Made by a program: the position numbers and the translations under genes. From Cyanobacteriota bacterium (GTDB lineage: Bacteria > Cyanobacteriota > Cyanobacteriia > PCC-6307 > Cyanobiaceae), in assembly GCA_046052125.1 (NCBI GenBank), contig JBJOMY010000004.1, positions 1 through 64,000 on the forward strand: DNA of 64,000 bases. The letters run 5' to 3'. Of the stretch, positions 49,584 to 58,654 are shown one piece after another (position 1 is the first letter of the stretch; each line of letters starts with the position of its first letter). The notes beneath the pieces were generated by a model. It was given only the letters and a program-made list of their open reading frames with translations, ran no database searches and had not been told where the DNA came from.

Positions 49584-49796
49584 TCAGAGCGTCACTGTTG
49601 CCACGCTGGTCCGAGTCGCCGGCGTTGGCTGTTCATCGGCTGTCAGCCCCTCAAGGTGGAAGGCGATCGCTTCACGGATTTCCTCGAGCACAGCCTCTTT
49701 ACTCGCCCCAGTGGCCACGCACCCAGGCAAGTCAGGCACGTGGGCTGAGAAGTTGCCTTCGGCCTCCTCAATCACAACGGCAAATCGTTGGCTCAT
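49584..49796 (-). CDS. hicB: HicB-family antitoxin
   Basis: FAVVIE...FSA.VPDLPGC.A.G.S.E......REAI..HLE. Confidence 0.88.
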   Translation of the reverse strand: MSQRFAVVIEEAEGNFSAHVPDLPGCVATGASKEAVLEEIREAIAFHLEGLTADEQPTPATRTSVATVTL

Positions 49797-49842
49797 GGCA
49801 AGTGGATCGGCGCTGGGGAGATGAGGCTTGAGAACAACATGC

Positions 49843-50034
49843 TCAGAGAAAACGCAGGCCGGATTGCCGGGCAATGCTCTTCAACGTGCCGATTGCCAGA
49901 TCATCGCTGGGCTTACCAGCAACCGTAACGCGACCTGGCCGCACAGGATGCTTGAACTGGCGATGGCTGCCGCGGGTGGCCACTAGCTGCCAGCCATCGG
50001 CTTCCAGCCTTCTGATCACCTCCCTGATCTGCAC
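49843..50034 (-). CDS. hicA: HicA-family toxin
   Basis: REVI..LE.DGW....RGSHRQFKHP..GRVTV...DL..GTLKSI. Confidence 0.88.
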   Translation of the reverse strand: MQIREVIRRLEADGWQLVATRGSHRQFKHPVRPGRVTVAGKPSDDLAIGTLKSIARQSGLRFL

Positions 50035-50116
50035 CGGCTGAACACAGATCAACCTGTGTTCAGCCTCCTCGCGTTGGATGCATCTGGCATCCGTGGCTCC
50101 ACCGAATCTTTTCGGC

Positions 50117-51412
50117 TTAGATCCCCAGACGCTCCCAGATCACGCCCAGGTTGGCCTGGTGCAGTTCGGTGGCGAAGCACTCGGCCAGCTGTTCGGGGCT
50201 GAGGTGTGAGGTCACCTCCGCATCGGCCTCGAGGTTGGCGCGGAAGTTACCGCCTTCGGTGTTCCAGGCGGTGTGGGCGTTGCGCTGCACGATCCGGTAA
50301 GCGTCTTCGCGGTTGATGCCGCTCTCCACCAGGGCCAGGAGCACCCGCTGGCTGAACACCACGCCGCCGTACACATTCATGTTGCGGGCCATGTTCTCGG
50401 GGTAGACCCCCAGACCCTTCACCACATCGGTCATCTCCCGCAGCATGAAGTGCAGGGTCACCGAGCAGTCGGGCAGCATCATCCGCTCCACGGAGCTGTG
50501 GCTGATGTCGCGCTCATGCCAGAGGGCGCAGTTTTCCAGCGCGGCCACCACATAGCTGCGCAGCACCCGGGCCAGGCCGCTGATGCGCTCGCTGCGGATC
50601 GGGTTGCGCTTGTGGGGCATGGCGGAGCTGCCCTTCTGCCCCTTGGCGAAGTTCTCCTCCACCTCGAGCACATCGGTGCGCTGCATGTTGCGGATCTCGG
50701 TGGAGAAGCGCTCCAGAGCAGCGCCCACCAAGGCGAGCGTTTGGATGTACTCGGCGTGGCGATCGCGGGAGATCACCTGGGTGCTGGCGGTGTCGGGCAC
50801 CAGGCCGAGCTTGGCGCAGGCGATCTCCTCCACCCGCGGATCGGTGTTGGCATAGGTGCCCATGGCGCCGGAGATCTGGCCCACGCTCACGGCCTGCTCA
50901 AGGCGCTCAAGCCGCTCCTGGTTGCGCACCACTTCGGCCAGCCAACCGGCCACCTTGAAGCCGAAGGTGATCGGCTCGCCGTGGATGGCGTGGGAGCGGC
51001 CGATCATCACGGTGCCCTTGTGGGCGCGGGCCAGTTCGCGCAGGGCGTCGGCTAGCTTGTCGAGCTCGGTGCGCAGTAGTTGCACCGAAGCCTTCATCTG
51101 CAGGGCCACGCCGGTGTCGAGCACATCCGAGCTGGTCATGCCCACGTGGATGTAGCGGCCGGCATCGCCCACGTGCTCGTTCACGTTGGTGAGGAAGGCG
51201 ATCACGTCGTGACGAACCTCGGCCTCGATCTCGAGAATGCGCTCCACGCTGAAGCTGGCCTTCTCCTTGATCGTGGCCACGGCCTCGGCGGGCACGCGGC
51301 CCAGCTCGCAGTTGGCTTCGGTGGCGGCGATCTCCACGTCGAGCCAGCTCTGGAACTTCGCCTGTTCGCTCCAGATGGCGCCCATCTCGGGCAGGGTGTA
51401 ACGCTCGATCAA
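50117..51412 (-). CDS. purB: Adenylosuccinate lyase
   Basis: HDVIAF, TSSD, GRSH, GSSAMPHKRNP signature. Confidence 0.97.
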   Translation of the reverse strand: MIERYTLPEMGAIWSEQAKFQSWLDVEIAATEANCELGRVPAEAVATIKEKASFSVERILEIEAEVRHDVIAFLTNVNEHVGDAGRYIHVGMTSSDVLDTGVALQMKASVQLLRTELDKLADALRELARAHKGTVMIGRSHAIHGEPITFGFKVAGWLAEVVRNQERLERLEQAVSVGQISGAMGTYANTDPRVEEIACAKLGLVPDTASTQVISRDRHAEYIQTLALVGAALERFSTEIRNMQRTDVLEVEENFAKGQKGSSAMPHKRNPIRSERISGLARVLRSYVVAALENCALWHERDISHSSVERMMLPDCSVTLHFMLREMTDVVKGLGVYPENMARNMNVYGGVVFSQRVLLALVESGINREDAYRIVQRNAHTAWNTEGGNFRANLEADAEVTSHLSPEQLAECFATELHQANLGVIWERLGI

Positions 51413-51477
51413 GGCCGCCGCGGGCTCACATCGAGACCAATGTATGGAACGGCGTTCAAGCGGTCCTTAGACCCGCT

Positions 51478-51672
51478 TCAGGCCACGGAGGTGAGCTTGC
51501 GGTGCTCCACCTCCCACTGCACCAGCTGCCCCCAGGCCTGTTGGCGTACCCAGCAGCGGCCGCCGCGGCAGTGGATCAGCTGAAAGGGGGGCAGGTCGTC
51601 GGGCTGGTTGCGCAGTTTCACGAAGCTGCCGGGTTGGAGCAGTTCCACCACGTTGGATTGGATGCTCGCCAT
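51478..51672 (-). CDS. Conserved small hypothetical protein
   Basis: MASIQ...LLQPGSFVKL.NQP.DLPPFQLI.CRGGRCWVRQQAWG. Confidence 0.65.
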   Translation of the reverse strand: MASIQSNVVELLQPGSFVKLRNQPDDLPPFQLIHCRGGRCWVRQQAWGQLVQWEVEHRKLTSVA

Positions 51673-51789
51673 GGAAGGCCCTGTGTTGAACGCCATCCTC
51701 TGGAGTGTTCCCCTGATTCCGCCCGCAGCCCCCGTTTTTGTTCCGTTTCCCCTGTGCTTTTGTGACAGCACATCAGCACATCGCCGTTG

Positions 51790-52665
51790 ATGGGCCGCAA
51801 GCAACGCCTGGATCTGCAGCTGGTGGAGCTGGGCCTGGCCGCCAGCCGTCAGCAGGCGCAACAGCTGATCCGGGCCGGCAAGGTGCGCAGCGGTGATCGC
51901 GTGCTCGATAAGCCCGGTCTGGAAGTGTTGCCGGAGATGCCGTTCGAGGTGGAGCAGCCGCCCCGGTTTGTTTCGCGCGGTGGTGAAAAGCTCCTGGGTG
52001 CCCTGGAGGCCTTCCCGATCGACCCGGCCGGGCGGGTGTGCCTCGATGGCGGCATCTCCACCGGCGGCTTTAGCGATTGCCTGCTGCAACACGGGGCCAC
52101 CCGGGTCTACGGCGTGGATGTGGGCTATGGCCAAACCGCCTGGAGCCTGCGCACCGATCCGCGCTTGGTGCTCAAGGAACGCACCAACCTGCGCCATCTG
52201 CAGCCGGAGGATCTCTATGGAGAGAACGATCCCTGGCCGGATCTGGCGGTGGCGGATGTGTCGTTCATCCGCCTGGCGCTGGTGCTTCCTGCCATCGGCC
52301 GCTTGCTAAAGCCCGAGCGCCGAGAGGCGCTGCTGCTGGTGAAGCCGCAGTTTGAGGTGGGCAAAGAGCGCGTGGGTAAAGGCGGCGTGGTGCGCGACCC
52401 GGCCGCCCATGTGGATGCGATTGAGGGTGTGATTGAAGCGGCCGCGGCGGAGGGTTGGAGCGCCTGCGGGGTCACCGCCTCGCCGATCACCGGGCCGGCG
52501 GGCAACCACGAATACCTGCTCTGGTTGCGCAGCGGCGACTGGTCTGAGCTGCCGCCGGCGAGCGTGCCTGCCACCGGAGCCGCCGCGGAGCCACAAAAAA
52601 AAGCCCGGGCCGCCCCTGAAGCAGAGGCGATCCGGTGCTTGGTGGCTGAAACCCTGGGGGCTTGA
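51790..52665 (+). CDS. tlyA: TlyA-family rRNA 2'-O-methyltransferase
   Basis: S4 domain RLD..L, FVSRGGEKL, STGGF, DVSFI, KPQFE, SPITG..GN.EY. Confidence 0.92.
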   Translation: MGRKQRLDLQLVELGLAASRQQAQQLIRAGKVRSGDRVLDKPGLEVLPEMPFEVEQPPRFVSRGGEKLLGALEAFPIDPAGRVCLDGGISTGGFSDCLLQHGATRVYGVDVGYGQTAWSLRTDPRLVLKERTNLRHLQPEDLYGENDPWPDLAVADVSFIRLALVLPAIGRLLKPERREALLLVKPQFEVGKERVGKGGVVRDPAAHVDAIEGVIEAAAAEGWSACGVTASPITGPAGNHEYLLWLRSGDWSELPPASVPATGAAAEPQKKARAAPEAEAIRCLVAETLGA

Positions 52666-52701
52666 ACGGCCCCCCATGTTGTGCGCCGAGGGGCGGCGGC
52701 G

Positions 52702-53064
<363 letters not shown>

Positions 53065-53159
53065 TCAGTCGGGGACAGTCTCTCAGGAATTCTGGAAAGA
53101 CAGGCGCGGTGCTGGGCTCCGCGGCAAGGCCATTAGGCCGCAGCTTTCGGGGCAGGGGT

Positions 53160-53173
53160 GTTGCGGTTGCTAC
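53160..53173 (-). promoter_or_regulatory. Possible NtcA-like box upstream of glnB
   Basis: Minus-strand GTA-GCAACCGC-AAC, one mismatch to GTA-N8-TAC, ~120 nt upstream of glnB. Confidence 0.4.
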
Positions 53174-53229
53174 CGCTGCGGTGGGCCGGGGGCGGCTGCC
53201 TAGCATCCGGCCTTGAACCTTCCCTGCCG

Positions 53230-53631
53230 ATGAGCGCCGATCAGACCCGCACGCCCCTCTATGGAGAGCGGGCCATTGCAGAAGCGGAGCTGATCTGCTT
53301 TGACAATCCCCGCCCCGGCCGGGCCTACGAGGTGGCCATCACACTGCCGGAGTTCACCTGCAAGTGCCCCTTCTCCGGCTACCCCGATTTCGCCACCCTG
53401 CGCCTGCTCTATCAACCCGGACCCCGGGTGATGGAGCTCAAGGCGATCAAGCTGTATGTGAACAGCTACCGCGATCGCTCCATCTCCCACGAGGAAGTGA
53501 CCAACCGCATCCTTGACGACTTCGTGGCGGCTTGCGAGCCGGTGTGGATGCAGCTGGAGGCCGACTTCAATCCCCGCGGCAACGTTCACACCGTGATTCG
53601 CACCAGCCACGGCACCCGTCAGCCCTGCTGA
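53230..53631 (+). CDS. queF: 7-cyano-7-deazaguanine reductase
   Basis: [28 protein letters not shown]. Confidence 0.95.
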   Translation: MSADQTRTPLYGERAIAEAELICFDNPRPGRAYEVAITLPEFTCKCPFSGYPDFATLRLLYQPGPRVMELKAIKLYVNSYRDRSISHEEVTNRILDDFVAACEPVWMQLEADFNPRGNVHTVIRTSHGTRQPC

Positions 53632-54914
53632 AGCTCCGCAAGCAGAGCCGGCAGTTCTCTGGAAAAGGCCGCCAGGTTGCGGTTGCACAGGCCTGCCACG
53701 TGCAGTTTGTGCTGATCCGGCTCGGCGATCGCCCAGAGCTGGCGTGTGGCGATCAGGCTGAGCGCCCCGCCCGCCAGGGCGATCGCAAAGCCGGCGTACA
53801 CCAGCGGCACACCCGGATCCCGTTTCAGCAGCAGACCGCTGGCGGGCACCACGCCGGCAATGGTTAAGGGGATGCCGGCGATCTCCTCGGCGCTGCCCCC
53901 AGGCACCAGGGTGCCCAACACCTCCGCATCGGCGGAATACACCGTGACGGGCCCCTCCTCGCTGGACAGGGCCAGCAGCACCGGGTTGCTGCCATCGGGG
54001 CGGGTGGGCAGCACAATCCCCCACACCTGCTCGCCCAGCTGCGGGAAGCTCTGAAGCGGAAGCTCCAGGATGGGGCTCTTGCCCAGTTGCACCTGAATCG
54101 CCGCCAGAGCCCAGTCCGCCTGGTACACCGTCATCCCCTGGAAGCGCAGCGGATGATTCACGCTGATTTCGCGGGTGGTGGCTGCTGGGGCGTCTGGGCT
54201 GGAGGGGTCGCCCGGTTGCAAGAGCAGCTGGGATCTGAATTGCTCCGGCCGGCCGGCCGGGTCGCGCTCGATCCCAAAGGCCTCAAGCCCAACCGTGAGC
54301 TGGGTTTGGCCGCGGCGGTTGAGCAGCTCCAGTTCGTTGCCGGGGGCGAGGAAGCGCTCCAGACGCTGACCGGCCAGGGCACCCCAGGCGGCCCCCACCA
54401 TCAGCACTACCAGGCCCGCATGCACGAGCAGGGGGCCCACACGGCCGCTGGCCCCGCGGCGAGCCGCCAGGCGATGGGCCTGGGGTTGCACCTGCCAGCC
54501 CCGTTGGCTGAGCAGCTGTTGCAGCCGGTTCAGCTCTTGATCGGCATCGCTGCAGTTGAGGGTTTCCGCCAGGTTGAGCTTGCTGAGCTGGCGCGGGCTG
54601 CTGTAGTCGATCCAGCGCAACGCCGCTTGCAGGGCCGGCCACTGCCGCCGCCAGCTGCAAAGGATCAACGAGAGCCCCAGCCAGGCAAGGAGTGCCAGAA
54701 ACCAGCTGCTCGAATACACGTGATCGAGTTGCAGCATCAGCAGCGCGTCGCCATTGAACAGCCCGAGCCAGGGCTGGGCGTCGTAGACGCGGTGATACAG
54801 CTCAGCGCTCTCTTTCTGGGGCACGAGTGTGCCGAGGCCGCTGGCCACGGCAATCACGATCAACAGGCCAATGGCCAGGCGCAGGTCGGAGATCCAGGCG
54901 ATCAGGCGTTTCAT
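53619..54914 (-). CDS. ccsB: Cytochrome c biogenesis protein CcsB/Ccs1 (ResB)
   Basis: [43 protein letters not shown]. Confidence 0.93.
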   Translation of the reverse strand: MKRLIAWISDLRLAIGLLIVIAVASGLGTLVPQKESAELYHRVYDAQPWLGLFNGDALLMLQLDHVYSSSWFLALLAWLGLSLILCSWRRQWPALQAALRWIDYSSPRQLSKLNLAETLNCSDADQELNRLQQLLSQRGWQVQPQAHRLAARRGASGRVGPLLVHAGLVVLMVGAAWGALAGQRLERFLAPGNELELLNRRGQTQLTVGLEAFGIERDPAGRPEQFRSQLLLQPGDPSSPDAPAATTREISVNHPLRFQGMTVYQADWALAAIQVQLGKSPILELPLQSFPQLGEQVWGIVLPTRPDGSNPVLLALSSEEGPVTVYSADAEVLGTLVPGGSAEEIAGIPLTIAGVVPASGLLLKRDPGVPLVYAGFAIALAGGALSLIATRQLWAIAEPDQHKLHVAGLCNRNLAAFSRELPALLAELQQG

Positions 54915-54933
54915 CAACAAGTGCGTGGATGGC

Positions 54934-55650
54934 TCAGCCCCAGCGGGCCAGAAGGGTGAGTGTGCCTGTGGCCAGGAGCACCACGCCGCTGATGGTGGGC
55001 ACCCATTGGCCCAGGGCGCGCAGGGCGAGCAGGCGGGGCACCCAAGCAGCTGCCGTGCCCGCCAGCAGAAGAGGCATCACCTGGCCGGCGGCAAAGGCGG
55101 TGAGCAGCACCACCCCCGCCAGGGGATCACCGGCTTGGGCGATCCAGGCCAGCAGCACCGCCAACACCGGCGTGGTGCAGGGAGAGGCCGCCAGGCCAAA
55201 GGCGAGCCCCGCCGCCAGCGGTGCCAGCGCCTTGGGAACCCGCTGGCGCCATTGTTCGGGGTCGGGGCCGCTGGGCAGCCGCAGGGGCAGGAGCCCGAGC
55301 AGGTTCAGCCCCATCAGCAGGGCAAGCACAGCCACCAGCGTGGGGATCAGCCCTGGCACCTGCCCGTAGATCCGCCCGAGGGCACCGCTGGCCAGGCCAA
55401 GCAGCACCAGGGAGGCCACGATCCCGCCGCAGAAGCTGAGGCTGCGTTGCCAGGGCCGTTCCTGCTGATCATCGAAACCCGCCAGATAGGCCAGGGTCAC
55501 CGGCAGCAGCGAGAGCGAGCAGGGGCCGAGGCTTGTGATCAACCCGCCGGCAAAGACCAACAGCAGCGTGAAAGCTCCCGGATGGGCCAGGGAGTTGCTG
55601 AGCAGCTGTTCACCACTGCGGGCCCAATCCGCCAGGGCCGGAGCCAGCAT
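54934..55650 (-). CDS. ccdA: Cytochrome c biogenesis protein CcdA
   Basis: [11 protein letters not shown] and ASPCTTPVL Cys motifs. Confidence 0.92.
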   Translation of the reverse strand: MLAPALADWARSGEQLLSNSLAHPGAFTLLLVFAGGLITSLGPCSLSLLPVTLAYLAGFDDQQERPWQRSLSFCGGIVASLVLLGLASGALGRIYGQVPGLIPTLVAVLALLMGLNLLGLLPLRLPSGPDPEQWRQRVPKALAPLAAGLAFGLAASPCTTPVLAVLLAWIAQAGDPLAGVVLLTAFAAGQVMPLLLAGTAAAWVPRLLALRALGQWVPTISGVVLLATGTLTLLARWG

Positions 55651-55675
55651 CGCGGTGATCTGTGTTGCGGTGGCG

Positions 55676-56869
55676 TCAGCCTATCGAGAGGCTCTCGCCA
55701 GCTGAGCGCAGCCGCTCCTCGCGCCGGCGTGGCCGGCCGGGTTCAAGGCCAGCGCCCTCGAGGGCACAGCGCAACAGCAAACCAGCGGTGAGCAGGCTGG
55801 AGAGCAGGGAGTTACCGCCGTAGCTGATCATCGGCAGGGGAAGGCCAGTGGTGGGCATGGCGCCGCTGGCCACGGCGATATTCAGGATCGATTGACCCAC
55901 CAGCAAGGTGGTGCAGCCAATCGCCACGAGGCGTTGTTGATTGCTGCGGCAGCTCAATGCCACTCGCAGGCCCACAAAGCCGAACAGCAGCAGAAACAGC
56001 AACAGCAGCACCGAGCCCACGTAGCCGAATTCCTCGGCGAACACAGCAAAGATGAAATCCGTGCTCTGGATCGGCAGGTATTGCAGCTTCTGGGTGGAGA
56101 GGCCAAACCCTTCACCCCAGAGTCCGCCAGAGCCGATGGCGAGCAGGCTCTGCACCAGCTGGTAGCCATCGCCCTGGGCATCCGTCCAGGGGTTGAGGAA
56201 GGAGGTCACCCGGATGCGTTGGTACTCGTTGATCGAGATGCTGCCGATGGCCACCGTGAGGCCCAGCCCTGCGCTGCCCAACATCGCCCAGAGGGGTAGG
56301 CCGGAGGCCAACGCCATCAACCAAAGCAGCATCCCGCAGAGCGCCGCGGTGCTGAGGTTGGGCTGTTTGAGGATCAGCCCGAGCGTGACAGCAAACACGC
56401 CCATCCAGATCAACTTCTGATCGGGCGCGATGCGGCTCCAGTGGGAAAACAGCGCTGCCCCTTGCAGCACCAAAAACGGTTTGATCAGCTCCGTGGGCTG
56501 CAGCTGAATCGGGCCGATCACCAGCCAACGGCTGGCGCCGTTCACGGTGCTGCCGATCACCAGGGTGAGAGCCACCATCACCATGCCCACCAGCAGGGCG
56601 GGCCCAGCCATCCGCAGCCAGCGCCGCAGGTTGATCTTCAGGCCGAGGTAGAGCAGCCCCCAGCTGGCCACCAGCCAGATGGCCTGACGTTTGAGGTAGT
56701 AGGTGGGATCTCCCATCTCACGGGCCGCTACCCACCAGCTGGCGGAGCCCAGCACCACCAGGCCCAGGGCACACCACAGCGCCACCATGCCCAGCAGCAG
56801 CCGCGCCTCGGCGGGCCATTGCTTGAAGGGCACCGGCAACAGGCTGGGTGGGTTGGCAGGACGGGCCAA
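55676..56869 (-). CDS. ftsW: SEDS peptidoglycan glycosyltransferase FtsW
   Basis: GASRW, QP.E..K, QPNLS, GYQ..QS..AIGSGG, TDFIF, SYGG.S. Confidence 0.9.
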   Translation of the reverse strand: MARPANPPSLLPVPFKQWPAEARLLLGMVALWCALGLVVLGSASWWVAAREMGDPTYYLKRQAIWLVASWGLLYLGLKINLRRWLRMAGPALLVGMVMVALTLVIGSTVNGASRWLVIGPIQLQPTELIKPFLVLQGAALFSHWSRIAPDQKLIWMGVFAVTLGLILKQPNLSTAALCGMLLWLMALASGLPLWAMLGSAGLGLTVAIGSISINEYQRIRVTSFLNPWTDAQGDGYQLVQSLLAIGSGGLWGEGFGLSTQKLQYLPIQSTDFIFAVFAEEFGYVGSVLLLLFLLLFGFVGLRVALSCRSNQQRLVAIGCTTLLVGQSILNIAVASGAMPTTGLPLPMISYGGNSLLSSLLTAGLLLRCALEGAGLEPGRPRRREERLRSAGESLSIG

Positions 56870-56923
56870 AGCTGAGCCGTTAAGAGGATCCGACTATCCC
56901 GTATTTCCCAGCGGCTTGCCAAT

Positions 56924-56950
56924 AAAAAAGCCCGGCAATGCCGGGCTTTT
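56924..56950 (-). terminator. Rho-independent terminator of apcABC
   Basis: AAAAGCCCGGC-AAT-GCCGGGCTTTT with A/T tracts on both sides. Confidence 0.9.
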
Positions 56951-56974
56951 GAAGAATTAATGGAGCGCTGAAGA

Positions 56975-57175
56975 TCAGTTGCCGACGTTGACCTGACGGC
57001 GACCGGCCACCAGTTCAACCTTCAGGATCTTGCCGCCCTGCTTCATGATCCGCTGCTGCTCAGCGAACCAGCTTTCGTAGGGCACCCACTTGGTGAAGAA
57101 GGTGTTCTGCAGCTCGCGCTGGGAACGGGACTTCTCAGGGCAGGGAATGCAAGCTGTGACTTTGAACAGGCGCAT
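56975..57175 (-). CDS. apcC: Phycobilisome core linker Lc7.8
   Basis: MRLFKVTAC.P, RELQNTFFTK.VPY..WF.EQQRI.K.GGKI. Confidence 0.96.
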   Translation of the reverse strand: MRLFKVTACIPCPEKSRSQRELQNTFFTKWVPYESWFAEQQRIMKQGGKILKVELVAGRRQVNVGN

Positions 57176-57207
57176 GGGGGATCCTCGAAGTGTGCCGAAG
57201 GCGTGGA

Positions 57208-57696
57208 TCAGTTACCCAGGCCGGAGCTGATGTAGTCGAAGTACACGCCCATTTCGCGGCCGGCATCGGGGCCCACCAGGGAGGCGGTCACTTCCTTCAT
57301 GGCCTGGATCGACTGCACGGTGGCGCCGATGGGCACGCCCAGGGAGTTGTAGGTCTCCTTAAGGCCGTTCAGCACACGCTCGTCGAGGATCGAGGTGTCG
57401 CCAGCCAGCATGGCGTAGGTGGCGTAACGCAGGTAGTAGTCGAGGTCGCGGATGCAGGCTGCATAGCGACGGCAGGTGTACATGTTGCCGCCGGGACGGG
57501 TGATGTCCGAGTACAGCAGCGACTTGGCCACGGCTTCCTTGATGATCGCGGAAGCGTTGGCGTTAATGGTGGCAGCGGCACGAACGCGCAGCTCACCGCT
57601 GGCGAAGTACTGCTCCAGGCGCCCCATGGAGGAGGTGTCCAGGTAGAGGCCCTGGACGTCGGCCTGGTTGATGACGTTGGTGATGGCGTCTTGCAT
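57208..57696 (-). CDS. apcB: Allophycocyanin beta subunit
   Basis: MQDAIT.VIN..DVQG.YLD, PGGNMY, YAACIRD. Confidence 0.98.
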   Translation of the reverse strand: MQDAITNVINQADVQGLYLDTSSMGRLEQYFASGELRVRAAATINANASAIIKEAVAKSLLYSDITRPGGNMYTCRRYAACIRDLDYYLRYATYAMLAGDTSILDERVLNGLKETYNSLGVPIGATVQSIQAMKEVTASLVGPDAGREMGVYFDYISSGLGN

Positions 57697-57737
57697 GGAA
57701 CCTGATGGAAGAGGCGGTGGTTAGAGAAGAAAGATCC

Positions 57738-58223
57738 TCAGGAGAGGGCGCCGACGACGTAGTCGAAGTAGAAGCCAGCCTCTTCGGCATCAGCGCCGGT
57801 GAGCAGGCTCATGGCGGCGTTCTTCATCTCGCGCACGGCTTCAGCCATGGCTTCGAGGGGGGTGCCCAGGGAGCGATACATCTCCTTGGCGCCAATGACC
57901 CCGATCTCTTCGATCGGGGTCACATCACCAGCGACGATGCCGTAGGTCACCAGGCGCAGGTAGTAGTCCATGTCGCGCAGGCAGGACGCGGTCATCTCCT
58001 CGCCGTAGGCGTTGCCGCCGGGGGAGATCACGTCGGGACGCTTCTGGAACAGAGCGCCGCCAGCGGTCTTAACAATGCGCTCGCGGCTCTCGGCCAGGAC
58101 CTGGGCCACGCGAAGACGACGCTGGCCGCCGCTCACGAAAGCCTTGATCTGGTCGAGTTCGCCAGGGCTGAGGTAGCGGGCTTCGGCGTCCGCGTTGATG
58201 ATCGAGTTGGAGACGATGCTCAT
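57738..58223 (-). CDS. apcA: Allophycocyanin alpha subunit
   Basis: [36 protein letters not shown]. Confidence 0.98.
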   Translation of the reverse strand: MSIVSNSIINADAEARYLSPGELDQIKAFVSGGQRRLRVAQVLAESRERIVKTAGGALFQKRPDVISPGGNAYGEEMTASCLRDMDYYLRLVTYGIVAGDVTPIEEIGVIGAKEMYRSLGTPLEAMAEAVREMKNAAMSLLTGADAEEAGFYFDYVVGALS

Positions 58224-58591
58224 GCAGTTCTGCCTCGAAACAAGCGGTCGCCTGAACGGTGACCGATATCCGGTGGGTAAGGGGGAGGGTCTTCAGAGGT
58301 GTGCTCCTCCCGCAGCGGACTGCGTCGGGGGCGAGCGACTGAAGGTGCGGCAGCAGTGCTGACCGCCGAGTCATTCTGTGGCAACGCCCAGCGGCCTCCC
58401 GGTGCCCGGTAACAGTTCTTCACGGCGGGCTCTGGTCTTCAAAACGCTTGCGGGGCCTGGGATCTGATCGGCTTCGTGCAACGCTGATTCTGTGTTGATT
58501 GATAACACTTCGTCGCATTTGTGCGCCTGTTTTGTTGCTTCCAGTTCGGCTTAATTGTGCCGCGCTTTGTAACAAAAATTCCCTGTACATC

Positions 58592-58622
58592 AAAAACCCC
58601 CTGCCGCGGGGCAAGGGGGTTG
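58592..58622 (-). terminator. Terminator downstream of apcE
   Basis: AAAAACCCCCT..AGGGGGTT hairpin giving a U-tract on the minus strand. Confidence 0.7.
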
Positions 58623-58654
58623 GGGCGACTCCTTCAGGAATCAGGCCTTGAGGC

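Noticed and set aside
58224..58590. Long apcE-apcA spacer as a possible sRNA or ORF
   Set aside because: Consistent with the usual apcA promoter and long 5' leader; its ORFs lack coding features
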